Below, piece by piece: positions 10,094 through 21,204 of a stretch of DNA of 64,000 nucleotides. The notes beneath the pieces are model-generated. The model was not told the DNA's origin and ran no database searches. It saw nothing but the letters and a program-made list of their open reading frames with translations. Every line of letters starts with the position of its first letter. Within the stretch, counting starts at the first letter, position 1. The DNA comes from Salisapilia sapeloensis CBS 127946 (lineage: Eukaryota; Protista; Oomycota): contig JAADVB010000021.1 in assembly GCA_023334545.1 (NCBI GenBank), forward strand, positions 1 to 64,000, read 5' to 3'. Position numbers and translations under genes: made by a program.

Positions 10094-11527
10094 ATGGACG
10101 CGAATTATCGACAAGCGGCAGGTCTTGTCTATTCGATTGTTATGCATGACATGGTAACCGACTCTAACTTTTGCTTACGTTTATAGAATACATTGCCAAT
10201 GCAGACGTCTTGCTCGTGGCTGCAGGTGCCGGATTCTCAGGTAAGCATGTCGAAACCAGTAGAACTATGCACCACCAACCTCCTAAGCTTCTTCCTACCT
10301 GTAGCCGACTCTGGTCTACCCATCTACAGGTGAGCCTAACGACACATCCAGCAAGATGCTTGCAGTAGCATTAAACTCGCTCATAGAGACATTGCCAACG
10401 TCCGAACGTACGCTAAGCAAGGACTAGATTACCAAGACCTGTGTGACCCGTACTGGGTGCGTTGCAAACCCCATCAACTATTCTTCCGGTCTTTTAACTG
10501 TCAATCGGATAGCTGACAGAAGACGACACGCTCTTTTACGGATTTTGGGGTCACTGCCTCAACTCGTATCGCGACACGACGCCACACGAAGGGTACCGCT
10601 CCAGCTTTTGTTCACACTATCATCACATCTGAGTACCTTCTAGCTACCAGATCCTACACAAGTGGAGGAAGCGGCTGCAGGAGAGAAGAAATGGACAAGC
10701 GGCAAAGCGTTTCCAAAAGACATTCTCTCACATGCATCGAACAAACGTGTTTCCTGGTACTGTCGAAAAGCAAGACGTAGCACAGAGTCCGTTCTTCATC
10801 TACACTTCCAACGTACCTTCCACCATTCCATCTCTTGTCTAAATAAATTCACAGCATACTTGCAACGCCTAGGTCGATGCCCACTTCCATCACTTTTTCG
10901 ACAAGAACGAAATCTACGAGCTGCATGGAAATGTCGAGAGGTGGCAGTGTGCTGGAGTGACGGATGACCCAGACGCTTCGGCATACCCTCCATGCCCGCT
11001 GACGTGGGAGGTGGACCCTGCTGTTCGCTTTCAAGTCGACGCAGAGACTCAAAGAGCCTCCGGCGACGTCATACAGCGCTGTCCAAAGTGCCAAGGCAAG
11101 CCACGACCCAACATTCTCATGTTTCGAGATAAAACGTGGAATCAGAACGTCGATGAGGAGAACGCATACGTTGCGTGGGAAGCAGTTGTGGAAGCTCTAC
11201 TCGAGGAGGATCCAAAGACGAAGCTCGTCGTGTTGGAGATCGGCTGTGGTGTCCGAGTATGGCGTCTATCTACCAATTCTATCTTCCTATGTATTCACTG
11301 TGCTCTGGCGATAGGTCCCATCCGTCCGAAAAGAGTGTGAGATGGTCGTCCATGACGCTGTCTTCAAGAGCTCAGCGGATCAAGCAAAGCTCATTCGCGT
11401 CAACCCAGAGTTTCCCGCTTGCTATCGTGCCGATCTGCTTGCCCAGAACCTAGTGCTGTCTATCGAAGCCAAGGGACTCGAGGCTCTTCAAGCCATTGAC
11501 AATGAGTTAGCAAAGATAGACGCGTGA
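10094..11527 (+). CDS. Sir2-family NAD-dependent deacylase, bacterial-like type (multi-exon)
   Basis: Spliced motifs LLVAAGAGFSADSGLP, FYGFWGHCLNSYRDTTPHEGY, YTSN(VDAH), YELHGNVERWQC, CPKCQGKPRPNILMF, VVLEIGCG, LIRVNP. Confidence 0.88.
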
Positions 11528-11553
11528 TACGAGCAACTTGTCAATGAACAACT

Positions 11554-12907
11554 CTATTGCGTTGTATTTTGTTCAGCTGTAACTACACCCTTCCACTCCT
11601 CTACCAAGGACTTGAATCGATCCTATGAACGAGTACTTAATAAGCATCCACGACCTGTAGATATGAAATGGATATAGCCTACCTTTGGAAGAGCGACCTG
11701 CTCTTGGCATGTCTTGATGAACATTTCTTCGGAGACTTGATCAAAAGACTGCTGACTGTCTGCGATGACAAGTCCAGCTAGCTCGACAACGGCAAACCCG
11801 AAGAACTTGCCGTTGCTCTCTGTCTGCTGCTGTATCTGTCTCGGAAAGACGATGGCCGTCGGACCGTTCGCTTCAAATGCGATCAAGAGGTTGTACGGCA
11901 CTCCTTTGCGCTGAAGCATGTTCACGAATGACCACACCAGTGTAGTTACGTCTTGGCTGTTCAAAGAGCTTTCTAGCACGACACAGTCGACAGGCCAATT
12001 GGGTATTGTCTGTACTTGTAGCGAGCCACTTGTCACCAGCAGTTCGCGCGGATGCGTGAGTACAGGAAATATATCCAACTCTGTAGTCTCGGCCAAGAAA
12101 AAACCTTGGAAGTGGAGATGGTTGACGGAAGACCAAGCACCAGCACTATTGAAGCCTACACGTGATCACCATCTACATCAGTAGGTGTACTTGTACGGTC
12201 GGATTTATAGTAGACAGACCGAGTGCGAAATCTCGACGACCGAAAGCTCGCGCGATGGACATCGCCGACCGAATGGCTCCTTCTTCCAGTTTTTGAGGCT
12301 TCACCAACGGTAGATCTGGCACACAAAGGAAATGTCCTCTCATCTATACACGCGATATCACGACTAACGCTATACATTCGGAAGCCAGGGTAGATAAGAT
12401 ACCAGCGGCGACACGTTCACTAAAATTCCATTCCGAGGTAGCTCCATGTCCGACCGGTTTTTTGGTAACCCGTGCAAACCAGCTTCATTGTCTCCCTCGA
12501 CACTGAATCCGCACAGAAACTCCTTTGGACTATCGGTCGTATCCAAAATGAGGCACAAAGTATACTTGGCACGAACCGATCACACGTACTTGACTTTGGT
12601 AAAATTGAACGAGTTTACCGCACTGTGATCCTTTGTACCGGTCAGAATTTCCACTGCTTTCTCAGTCGCCTTCAAGTCGGCCGCGGCTGGGCGTTTATTC
12701 TACAAGGGGTACCATCTCAATGGGAAGGCTCGAAACAACGTCCAGCCATAATACCTCGACATGCATCGGATTGAACTGGGCAGCAAGTCGAAGTGTTCCA
12801 TCCACGACACGCCGACTTATTTCCCCTGTCGACTCGCGCATGACGCCTGCAGCCTCGGCGTCCTCCCATCTCTTCAGCGCCCACTCTACACGGTGTCTCG
12901 TGTCCAT
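11554..12907 (-). CDS. GDPGP1: GDP-D-glucose phosphorylase 1 / GDP-L-galactose phosphorylase (VTC2) family HIT protein (multi-exon)
   Basis: RWEDAEAAGVMR, AQFNP, FNFTK, ILVNVSPL, GHFLCVP, GFNSAGAWSSVNHLHFQG (HIT motif at 12106-12120), NWPVDC, GVPYNLLI, FAVVELAG. Confidence 0.85.
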
Positions 12908-13000
12908 CTTGAAACGTCGTCAACTGCCAGGAATAATGCAGAGGTCCAACTAAAACAAGTTTATTGCTCTCTTTACTTTCTACTCAAACGCTTTCACTTC

Positions 13001-13843
13001 TTAGCGCGGTGTCTTCGAGCCACCGACCTTGCATTCGTCCGCGAAAACCATGCCGCCATCGGCCATCAGCACCATGCCAGACACCCATCCGGAAGCCCTG
13101 GATCCGAAGAATAGCGCGATACCAGCCATATCCGACGCATCGCCACTACGACCGGTCGGAATGCCTTCAGCAATCTTGTCCAACGACAGACCCGTCACCT
13201 CTGGAATTGCTTGTGTCATTGAGGTCGGCACGAGACCAGGGGCAACCGCATTTACCAAGATGTGTCCACCATTAGGACGGCGTGCTAGATCTGCAGCCAT
13301 TTTCCGGGTGAGGTGGTGCACCGCGGCCTTTGACGTTTCGTACGCTATTGTCGGCAAGTCCTGAGGCTTCACGCCTGTCATCGATCCAACGTTTAGGATT
13401 CTTGCACCGTCTACCGAGGTCGCAGCATTGTCCAGCAGAGGCAGCAATTCACGACAGACAAAGAATGTTCCCATGACATTCAACGAGTACGTTTTATCCC
13501 AAATTTCCTGCGTGTGCCCTTCATACGTATTAGGTATCGCCACACCAGAATTGTTGATCAAGACGTCGATCTTCGACTCTCTCTTGGCAACCTCGGCTGC
13601 AAATTCCTTGCATCCTTCCTCCGTCGACAGATCCGCCTGCAATGGCGTGCATTTACCTGGTCCTTCTGCGTTGAGCTTTTCAGCAGTCTGCTCGCAAGTC
13701 TCCTTCGATCGAGATGCAACGTACACGTTCGCTCCATTGTGGACGAATCCAGTCGCCATCATCTGGCCTATGCCAGTGCCGCCGCCAGTGACTACCACCA
13801 CCTTATCCTTGACGTTAAACAGGTTTTCAATCGAAAGCTTCAT
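13001..13843 (-). CDS. Classical short-chain dehydrogenase/reductase (RhlG-like), paralogue 1
   Basis: TGGGTGIG, DVLINNSG, YETSK (YxxxK), VNAVAPG, DGG; 280 aa, intronless; ends GSKTPR. Confidence 0.93.
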   Translation of the reverse strand: MKLSIENLFNVKDKVVVVTGGGTGIGQMMATGFVHNGANVYVASRSKETCEQTAEKLNAEGPGKCTPLQADLSTEEGCKEFAAEVAKRESKIDVLINNSGVAIPNTYEGHTQEIWDKTYSLNVMGTFFVCRELLPLLDNAATSVDGARILNVGSMTGVKPQDLPTIAYETSKAAVHHLTRKMAADLARRPNGGHILVNAVAPGLVPTSMTQAIPEVTGLSLDKIAEGIPTGRSGDASDMAGIALFFGSRASGWVSGMVLMADGGMVFADECKVGGSKTPR

Positions 13844-13855
13844 CTTCTTGACTGA

Positions 13856-13871
13856 TCAAATCCGAAAATGG
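13856..13871 (-). promoter_or_regulatory. Oomycete INR-FPR core promoter of SDR paralogue 1
   Basis: CCATTTTCGGATTTGA, 12 nt upstream of the ATG; matches YCAYTYY plus a WTTTNC-like element. Confidence 0.5.
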
Positions 13872-15825
13872 ACATTCAAGCACATGTGAGCCGCACACAC
13901 AACATTGAGTCTCATTGACGATGATCGTTGCATCGCAAAGTCCACCTGCAGCGAAATCAGACAAAACCGCAAAGAGTGAGCTAATTAAATCTCTACTTTA
14001 TCACAAAATTATTCGTGACTTCGTGGTGCTTTGGACCACTGTTTACCTCTGCTTTCGCCCGCTGCACGAAAAGGGCGAGATGAGAATGATCGCGTACTGG
14101 TTTTTGTTACCAAGGTTGTCTAGGAAACAGATCACGACGCTCGCTACTACATATATCTTTGACTACACATTTAAATTTAAACAAATAATTATAAAAAGCA
14201 TCATATATTTGGATCCCTGCTCTAGGATTCGCAGTAAGGACGATGTAGAATTTGGCCGTATGTACCAGCCATGCTGTGCAGTTGTGGGATCTTTTCAAAG
14301 GATATCTATCTGCGTTTCTACCTGACATCTTGTAACTAGCAGCAGCTACAGTATATCTTAACTGGTCGATCGGAGAATCATCCATCACCTCAAGTTGTAC
14401 CGCTGTCAGCTCTTGTATGGGCACGTCTATGTATTGTTCTGCGTTTGTCGCGTGGGAACTCTGAAATACATCATTTTACATGGTGGATCGTTGGCCAGCC
14501 CCCTAGCAGAGTAAATCCGCCTATAGGCGTACTCTGCAGCGTACGCTGTATATGAACCAACGTGGCTACTTACGGCTCATGAGATGGATCACCAAGCTGC
14601 AAACGTACCACTGTATCGCAAAAGTAATGGCACCACTGTTTAGATCAAGTAATGGTATCTTTGTTGAGTTAAAAGCTGCGAGTGCCACGGTTTGGACAGG
14701 TACTTATCCTCCTCGAGCGACAGTTACTGCGTATGAGCTGACACCAAGGGCAATACTGCTCTATCTTGCATATTGGCGATAGAACGAATCAGATAATGAA
14801 AGCTGAACGCCAGAGTCGAAACGGGCTGAAAAGGATGTGTGGAAGAGTTCGTGGTTAAGTTGGTTGCAGATAACTTATCGTTCTTTCTACCACGTCCAAT
14901 AGATACTTGGACTCTTTTGTTTTCATTGTTGACGAAGGAGAGCCATCGGGTGTATATATCAGCGCCGATAGGATACTCGCACTAGGACCACATTCCAAGT
15001 AAGCATGTATGCACTCAAGTAGTAATTGGACAGGAATATTTCTCGGTCTACCCCAGATGATCGCTTCTACATTCAAAACACAATATGAACACCTACAAGT
15101 CACTAGGAAAATCGGCAAGTCATTTGGATCCTTTTTGGTGATAGATATGACATGATGTGAATGATTATTTAAGTGTTGACACTAAATTATAGAATGCTGC
15201 TAGCTTTCTAGATAGTTGACGCTTTATCCAGAGGATACAAGGCTTACCTGACACACGCTGAATTGTCTCGGTAACTTGTATGAACTGAACCGGCTTTGCG
15301 AACAGTCATCTTCACATCATCTTCACAAACTCTCGAAGTGGTTTTATATATACAAGCATCACTAAATGTCAAAAGGATCATGAATGCGCTACTCTTCTTC
15401 AACAAGAACGCGGGGCAAGTGATCTAGATCCCATAGACAAAGTACTTAAAGCAAAATTTTCTCAACGAAGATGAAGATGATCCGGGTGTTCTTGCCGCTA
15501 TCAGCTTGAAGATAAGGAATGCTTATATTACCATGCATCGAAAGCGACAATCCATTTCGAAAACTTTTCGGGATAGTTCCACAATGAAGACTAGTCAAGT
15601 ACGATTCACTAGAACTCTATGCAGAGATCCCGTATTGTCTTTGCCACAAAAACCAGTTGTTTGGACCTAAGATGTCCCCACATGTACCTACAAGCTTAAA
15701 GATTCTTTCTTCGGCCGAGTTGAAGTGCTATATATCGTACTTGACGCTAAATTTCCAATAGGGTTTTTGAATTCACAGCATCATTAAAGCATTTCTCCTT
15801 CCTAGCTACTACCGGCAGCGCACTT

Positions 15826-18362
15826 ATGACGATCCCGAGCATTCTGCTTGTATGCTTTTGGATGGTTTGTGTCTCGATGACATTCGCCGCAGACAAATGC
15901 AGCAAGCTCACGAATGTTATCATGTCAGACTGCGACGATGACTGCGATGTTGCATGCATTTACTACCAGGTCGATGGAGATCGAAACCCATATAATAATT
16001 CATCTGATGAAAGTTGCAGGGGAGAAGATAAAACTCTGGATGTCATCATCAGTGCAAAAAGCCATTCTCCAAGTCCGAGCGTAGCAAAAATGCTATACCG
16101 TACAAAGTGTTTATCATCAAAAATGAGACCGATCCGAATGTAAAAACTGAATACTAAATGAACATGAACTACTTGCACCATGTCGAAGTTACATTCCCTC
16201 AAGACATAACAGATTGGTACACTCTTATCTCCTTTTAAAACTCTACCTCGCGTCAAAGTTCATTTCAGTATTGGAATATAAAACTAGCATCAACATGTAG
16301 TAGGGAACTTCGCGGTGATTCGCTTCCCGGCCAGGTCTTGGACGTTAATCTATCGTATGACATGTTCAGGCATGCCACCGGACTTCGACGGGTATCCATC
16401 GTAAACAGAAACGTCTCCAGCAATAATTTGTTTTAAAATCTTCCTCAAGAAATGGTATCTATTATAACATCAAATTGTGATATCAATAAAATACCAGAGA
16501 ATCTCGGGAGGCTTAAAAAACTGACGCACCTGTGAGTAGTCTACATATATACCCACATGCATAGTTATACTTTACTTCAACAACTCACGAAATTGCCAAT
16601 TGTCTAGCTCTATGGACCGGAACCCAATTCAAAGGTTACGAAATCTAGACCTGCCAAGCATTCAGACCTTGTGCGTGCCCTACTTTATCGACCTAAGTAT
16701 TTAATATCCATGTCATTTATTCAAACGCATTAGAGGTTTGTCTTATGCTAATCTGACCAACCTCGAAGGCAACTTTCCGCTTCTCGGAACCTTGTAAGCT
16801 TTTCACGCTGCAAAATGCTCTTTATGAAAGCACACCTTACGACTCACACCGGCTTATAGGGGTCTTTGTCATAACAACCTTAAGTCAATACCGCCAGCCT
16901 TGGTCGATCTGGACAATTTGGAAGCCTTTTATGCTTCATATCTACTCACCTTTTAATTTCTACTAATACATTAAAATTAATTACTTGCTTTTAGATATCT
17001 TGAAGCCTATTCACTTCTCAATATAAACATCTCGAGTGCAGTATTCGATGTTCTAAATAGGACGCTCGGGGCAAGCGGTTATATTGGATATTAAAGTGGG
17101 AATTTCAAGAATGAGCACAGGAAAGCTGTTGTTGTTGTAGATTTAGCTTTCTGCGTTGAGCCTAATGACGCCTCTCCGTCTCGCTCCTATAGTGGCTCTA
17201 GTGACATTTTCTCTTCTTCAGAAAGTACAAATGGCACAACCTTCCTACCTCTGTACATCGCCATCCCCATTGTCATTGTTTTCGTGATTGCTGGGTTTGT
17301 CCTGCATCGAGAGTATAAACACCACGAAACCCAGATATACCAGCACCCAGTTCCCAAACACCAAGAGTAGGAGTGCCAGAAACACCGGTCGCAGCGTTCC
17401 ATGAGTACGATAAAGTAATGAATTCTATATGGGTTGATCCCTTGCTGTGCAATTATGAATTGAATAATAAAAAGACACGTCAAGTAAGCCGACTGGGTGC
17501 CGGTGCCTACGGTGAAGTGTAGCTTGTGGACTATTGTGGAAACCAGTATGCATTCAAGCGCCTAATCAAAAGCAAAGCTGAGACCGAGGCTATTCAAAAC
17601 TTCATCGTCGAAACCAAACACATCGCAACACTTGAGGATCCGCATATTCTTACGTTCATCAGAGCAGCGTTTATGAAGAGAGCGGATTTTCAAGCAATAT
17701 ACGAGTACATGGAGAGAGGGGACCTTCGGTCCTACTTGACATGTACAAACGTTGATCGTCAATGGAACGAAGAGAAGATCCAAATCGCGATGGATATTGC
17801 AGACTCATTAATCTACCTGCACTCGTTATCAACGCCAGTGATGCACCGATATTTCAAGTCGCGCAACGTGCTGCTGTCCGAAAACATGACTGCAAAAATC
17901 GGCGACTTTGGGACTGCGAGAGCCCGGGACTTGGACTGCACTTTGATAACCAAAGGTGTGGGTCCGATTAGATGGATTGCTCCTGACATTCTTCGTGAAG
18001 AGCATGAATACGACGAAAGCAGTGACATCTATTCATTTAGTGCCATTCTCATTGAGCTGGATACACACGAACTCCCATACGAAGATCTCGTTGCTTCCCA
18101 TGGCAAGCGGTTCAAAATGCTGTCAATGGCACCAAAAATTGCCAATGGTACGATCAAGCCATCTTTCTCGGGTTCCTGTCCCGCATCCGTCCGTTTGGTA
18201 GGACTCGCATGTCTCGATATGGACCCGAACAAGCGACCGACAGCCGCATGTGTCCACTATGCGATGATGCTTATACTCCGGTGCGAAATGTCGCTTGACC
18301 TTGACACTGTTCGTCAGTCATTGGGAGTATCGTTCGTGGAAACTCGATCGACAGTGAACTGA
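15826..18362 (+). pseudogene. LRR receptor-like TKL kinase pseudogene (signal peptide, Cys-rich region, LRR exons, TM, kinase)
   Basis: Signal peptide MTIPSILLVCFWMVCVSMTFA; LRR exons (IPENLGRLKKLTHL, GLCHNNLKSIPPALVDLDNL); TM LYIAIPIVIVFVIAGFVL; SIWVDPLL; GAGAYGEV*; DFG; WIAP. Lesions: TAA 16434-16436, frameshift after the TM (about 17310-17370), TAG 17520-17522, HRD to HRY at 17844-17852. Confidence 0.85.
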
Positions 18363-20036
18363 CAGACGTATTTGGATACGAAGGCATGGTAAAGGAAAAG
18401 ACGACGGTAATGAAATACACAAAGCTTTTTACATGTGATGTTAGTTTGTCGGGAACGTGGGAAAATGCTGCTCTTGGGCACCAGAAAGATACGATTTAGT
18501 ACAGGTGAAAGCAAGTTTTTATCAACTTACCCTGCATTACTTAGGCTTAGGCAGTGTTTCGCATCATGATCGTGGAGAAAATGACTGTCAACTACTACAT
18601 CGACTAGGGACCACATGAAGTCGCATTATAATGGTTCGGGCAGCTCACCTGATGCCATGGTCATTTGACCAACTCTAACAATCAATGCATACATACGCGC
18701 ATGATACTAACCGCTGGCCATTTTTTATCACATAGGCATGACGCTACCTACCTCAGAGCCTAAATGCATACGAAAAGACATTATCTTGGTGTACAGAAAT
18801 AAGTGGTGATTTGAAATGGCTCTAATGCTTATTGTGAAAACTATTGATCAGACCATTCTCTTGCTGATATACTCATATGGAACAGCGTCGTTTGGAAGCT
18901 AGAAGACTATCCAGCCCACATAGAGGCACTAAAAGACCAGGTTTCTTGATTCAATTTCAAACTCGCTGTGGCACCCAAGTTACCACGTAACAAGGGTACA
19001 GTGTTGCCTTCGCCGCGATGGACATGAAAGTATTATCTATTATTTATATTTTGCGCACTTATCTGTACGCACGATGCTAAATGAGAAATTGTAAGCAAGT
19101 GGATGTAATCGACATTGGTCCGTTTCAGTTACCGCCGATCTAGCTGTTCCTTCAGACTTCTTGATTTTTTCGGCTCGCAACTTCCAAAAAGAAGTAGTCC
19201 ACAAATCTTCTCTACGTTATCCTCTGAATATTAGTACGGAGATTTCACTAGGATGGAATAGATTACCAAGTGAATTTTCACATTTAAAGACCAAAATCGC
19301 ACCAAGAGGATCAGCAACTCCTCGTATACAACAACAAGCTGTTGCAGAATGCATATCAACTACTACTTGGCCAATGGGTTTGCTCAAGTGGCTCAGTTAA
19401 AGGTTGTCAATTTCCCGTGGTGAGCGTTCAGTGGCAACTTTGAGTTGATCAAGAATACCACCTTTCCATCATATACACGTTTATTAGCCTCCTCGTCCCT
19501 CTACGACTAAACTGTAAGAATGTTATGTAGAGCGCACATTTAAAGCAATATATTTGCATAGTTCGAGCTAAACAGTGATACACAGTAGCTAGTGAACAAC
19601 AGGTTGCTATGGTGAAAAAGTAGTTGTGTACATAGGTGAGTGCGCAAAGAGCTTCATCAACAGTATGGCGAGGTCCAAAACGATGGCATTTAGGATCATT
19701 GCGAAGTCAAGTTGGAATCAGAGATCAAAGTGCGCTGATATGTTGTGAACTTTGACTGAAGTTGAAGCGATCCAACTGTTATATTCCAGGCAGAACGAGC
19801 ACCAATTGAGTAAGATTCGGTTGGAAATGCTGTATTGAAAATGCCTTACTATCAGCAATACTCGGTTTATATTGTACAACTAGAATCATTCTCTTTATTT
19901 GCTTTTTATCCTATCTAAATGACTAAAAGTCGTTGCCAAGGTCTCCACAACCAGCGTTGACATCGCTATTGTTAGCGAGGACATCACTTCAGAGTATATC
20001 ATCGAGCAGTCCGCCACCAATGCCGGCAGCGTTGGC

Positions 20037-20720
20037 TCAAGCGCCCTTGCCTCCGTCGCGGCGATTGTCGTAAGGTACGTAGTTTTCATGGCCTAGTTGG
20101 ACATAGTACCCTGAGTCGTCTTGGGCTCCTTTTTGAGAATAGTAGCCTGGTTGTCCATATGCGCTTTGCACTGGGTTTTCGAGTTGGCTGACTTGCTGTG
20201 CCATGTGTGGCATATTCTGCGTAACTAGCTGTTCGCGGCGACGCTTTAACAACCGGCGCATGATCATACATCCAGCAACGAAAACAATGACGAAGAGGAC
20301 GACTACGATAACTATTATACAGATAGCAACAGTGCTAGCAGTACTTTTAAAGTCGTTGGAAATGACGTCAAAACCATCCAGATCATCGTTACTGGGATAT
20401 ATGAATTGACCTCCATCGGATACGCAGAGACATTTAGACTTATTTGGCCTGCAACTGGAGAGTACTGGACAGCAGCATGGCTGAGGGATTTCTTGCTCAT
20501 TGATCAATTTGTTGCAATAATGACCAGGCTCGCCATAATATGCTTCAGAGCAGTCGATATGGTCGGCACACAGTTGGCATTGAGACAGTCCGGATGAAGA
20601 GGACGAAGAGCTGGAGGGCATAGAGTCATCCTGTTCAGCGCCAAGTCCGGAGTTACTTGATCTTTGTGCTGCCACTAAAGCGAAGAAAAGCGAGCATAGT
20701 AGAATTGCTAGACCCTTCAT
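20037..20720 (-). CDS. Single-pass membrane protein: signal peptide, 10-Cys ectodomain, TM, Gln/Tyr-rich tail
   Basis: Likely start MKGLAILLCSLFFALVAA (ATG 20720); CQLCADHIDC...PGHYC...CCCP...C...CLC; TM VAICIIVIVVVLFVIVFVAGCMIM followed by RRLLKRRR. Confidence 0.8.
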   Translation of the reverse strand: MKGLAILLCSLFFALVAAQRSSNSGLGAEQDDSMPSSSSSSSSGLSQCQLCADHIDCSEAYYGEPGHYCNKLINEQEIPQPCCCPVLSSCRPNKSKCLCVSDGGQFIYPSNDDLDGFDVISNDFKSTASTVAICIIVIVVVLFVIVFVAGCMIMRRLLKRRREQLVTQNMPHMAQQVSQLENPVQSAYGQPGYYSQKGAQDDSGYYVQLGHENYVPYDNRRDGGKGA

Positions 20721-21174
20721 GATACCTATAGAGCAAAAGCTACAATGAGGCAAGTGGTGATTGTATGCGATCGACATTTCGTAGGCATCGCATCCAATCG
20801 GAGCCAACAGTCTATGCTTAATTTCTTGACAGTATGGATACTTTCGTGGATGCCAGTCTCTACTTTCACAACCTTTCGTAGCGTTTATGCATGCTGCCGT
20901 CACGTCTGTGCATGGAGAAGGGAATTGATGCCAACAATCGTTCTTGCTCCAGAGTGTCTCTGGTAGAACTCCAATCTCGTCACGCCTAAAAATGAAACAA
21001 GCCATATCCTTTGATAGGACAGTTGATTGATCTTGCCGCAGCGTGTACATGTCACGAATTTGAACGGTAGCCTCGATGTATCCAGTCTCGACAGATCGTC
21101 ATGCGTACGTAGACTGATAATGTGCTTCCAGTACCAAGACGAGACACGTTTAAATCTTACTCATAGCTCAAGTG

Positions 21175-21190
21175 TCATTCGTACATTTGA
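21175..21190 (+). promoter_or_regulatory. Oomycete INR-FPR core promoter of the P450
   Basis: TCATTCGTACATTTGA, 14 nt upstream of ATG 21205. Confidence 0.55.
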
Positions 21191-21204
21191 AGGGAGCTAC
21201 CAAG

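Noticed and set aside
14000-15750. Possible transposon remnant
   Set aside because: No RT, integrase, DDE or TIR signature recognisable by eye; left unassigned.
17526-18362. 278-aa kinase ORF as an independent functional gene
   Set aside because: Starts at a GTG after an in-frame stop, lacks the Gly-rich loop and has HRY instead of HRD; it is part of the pseudogene.
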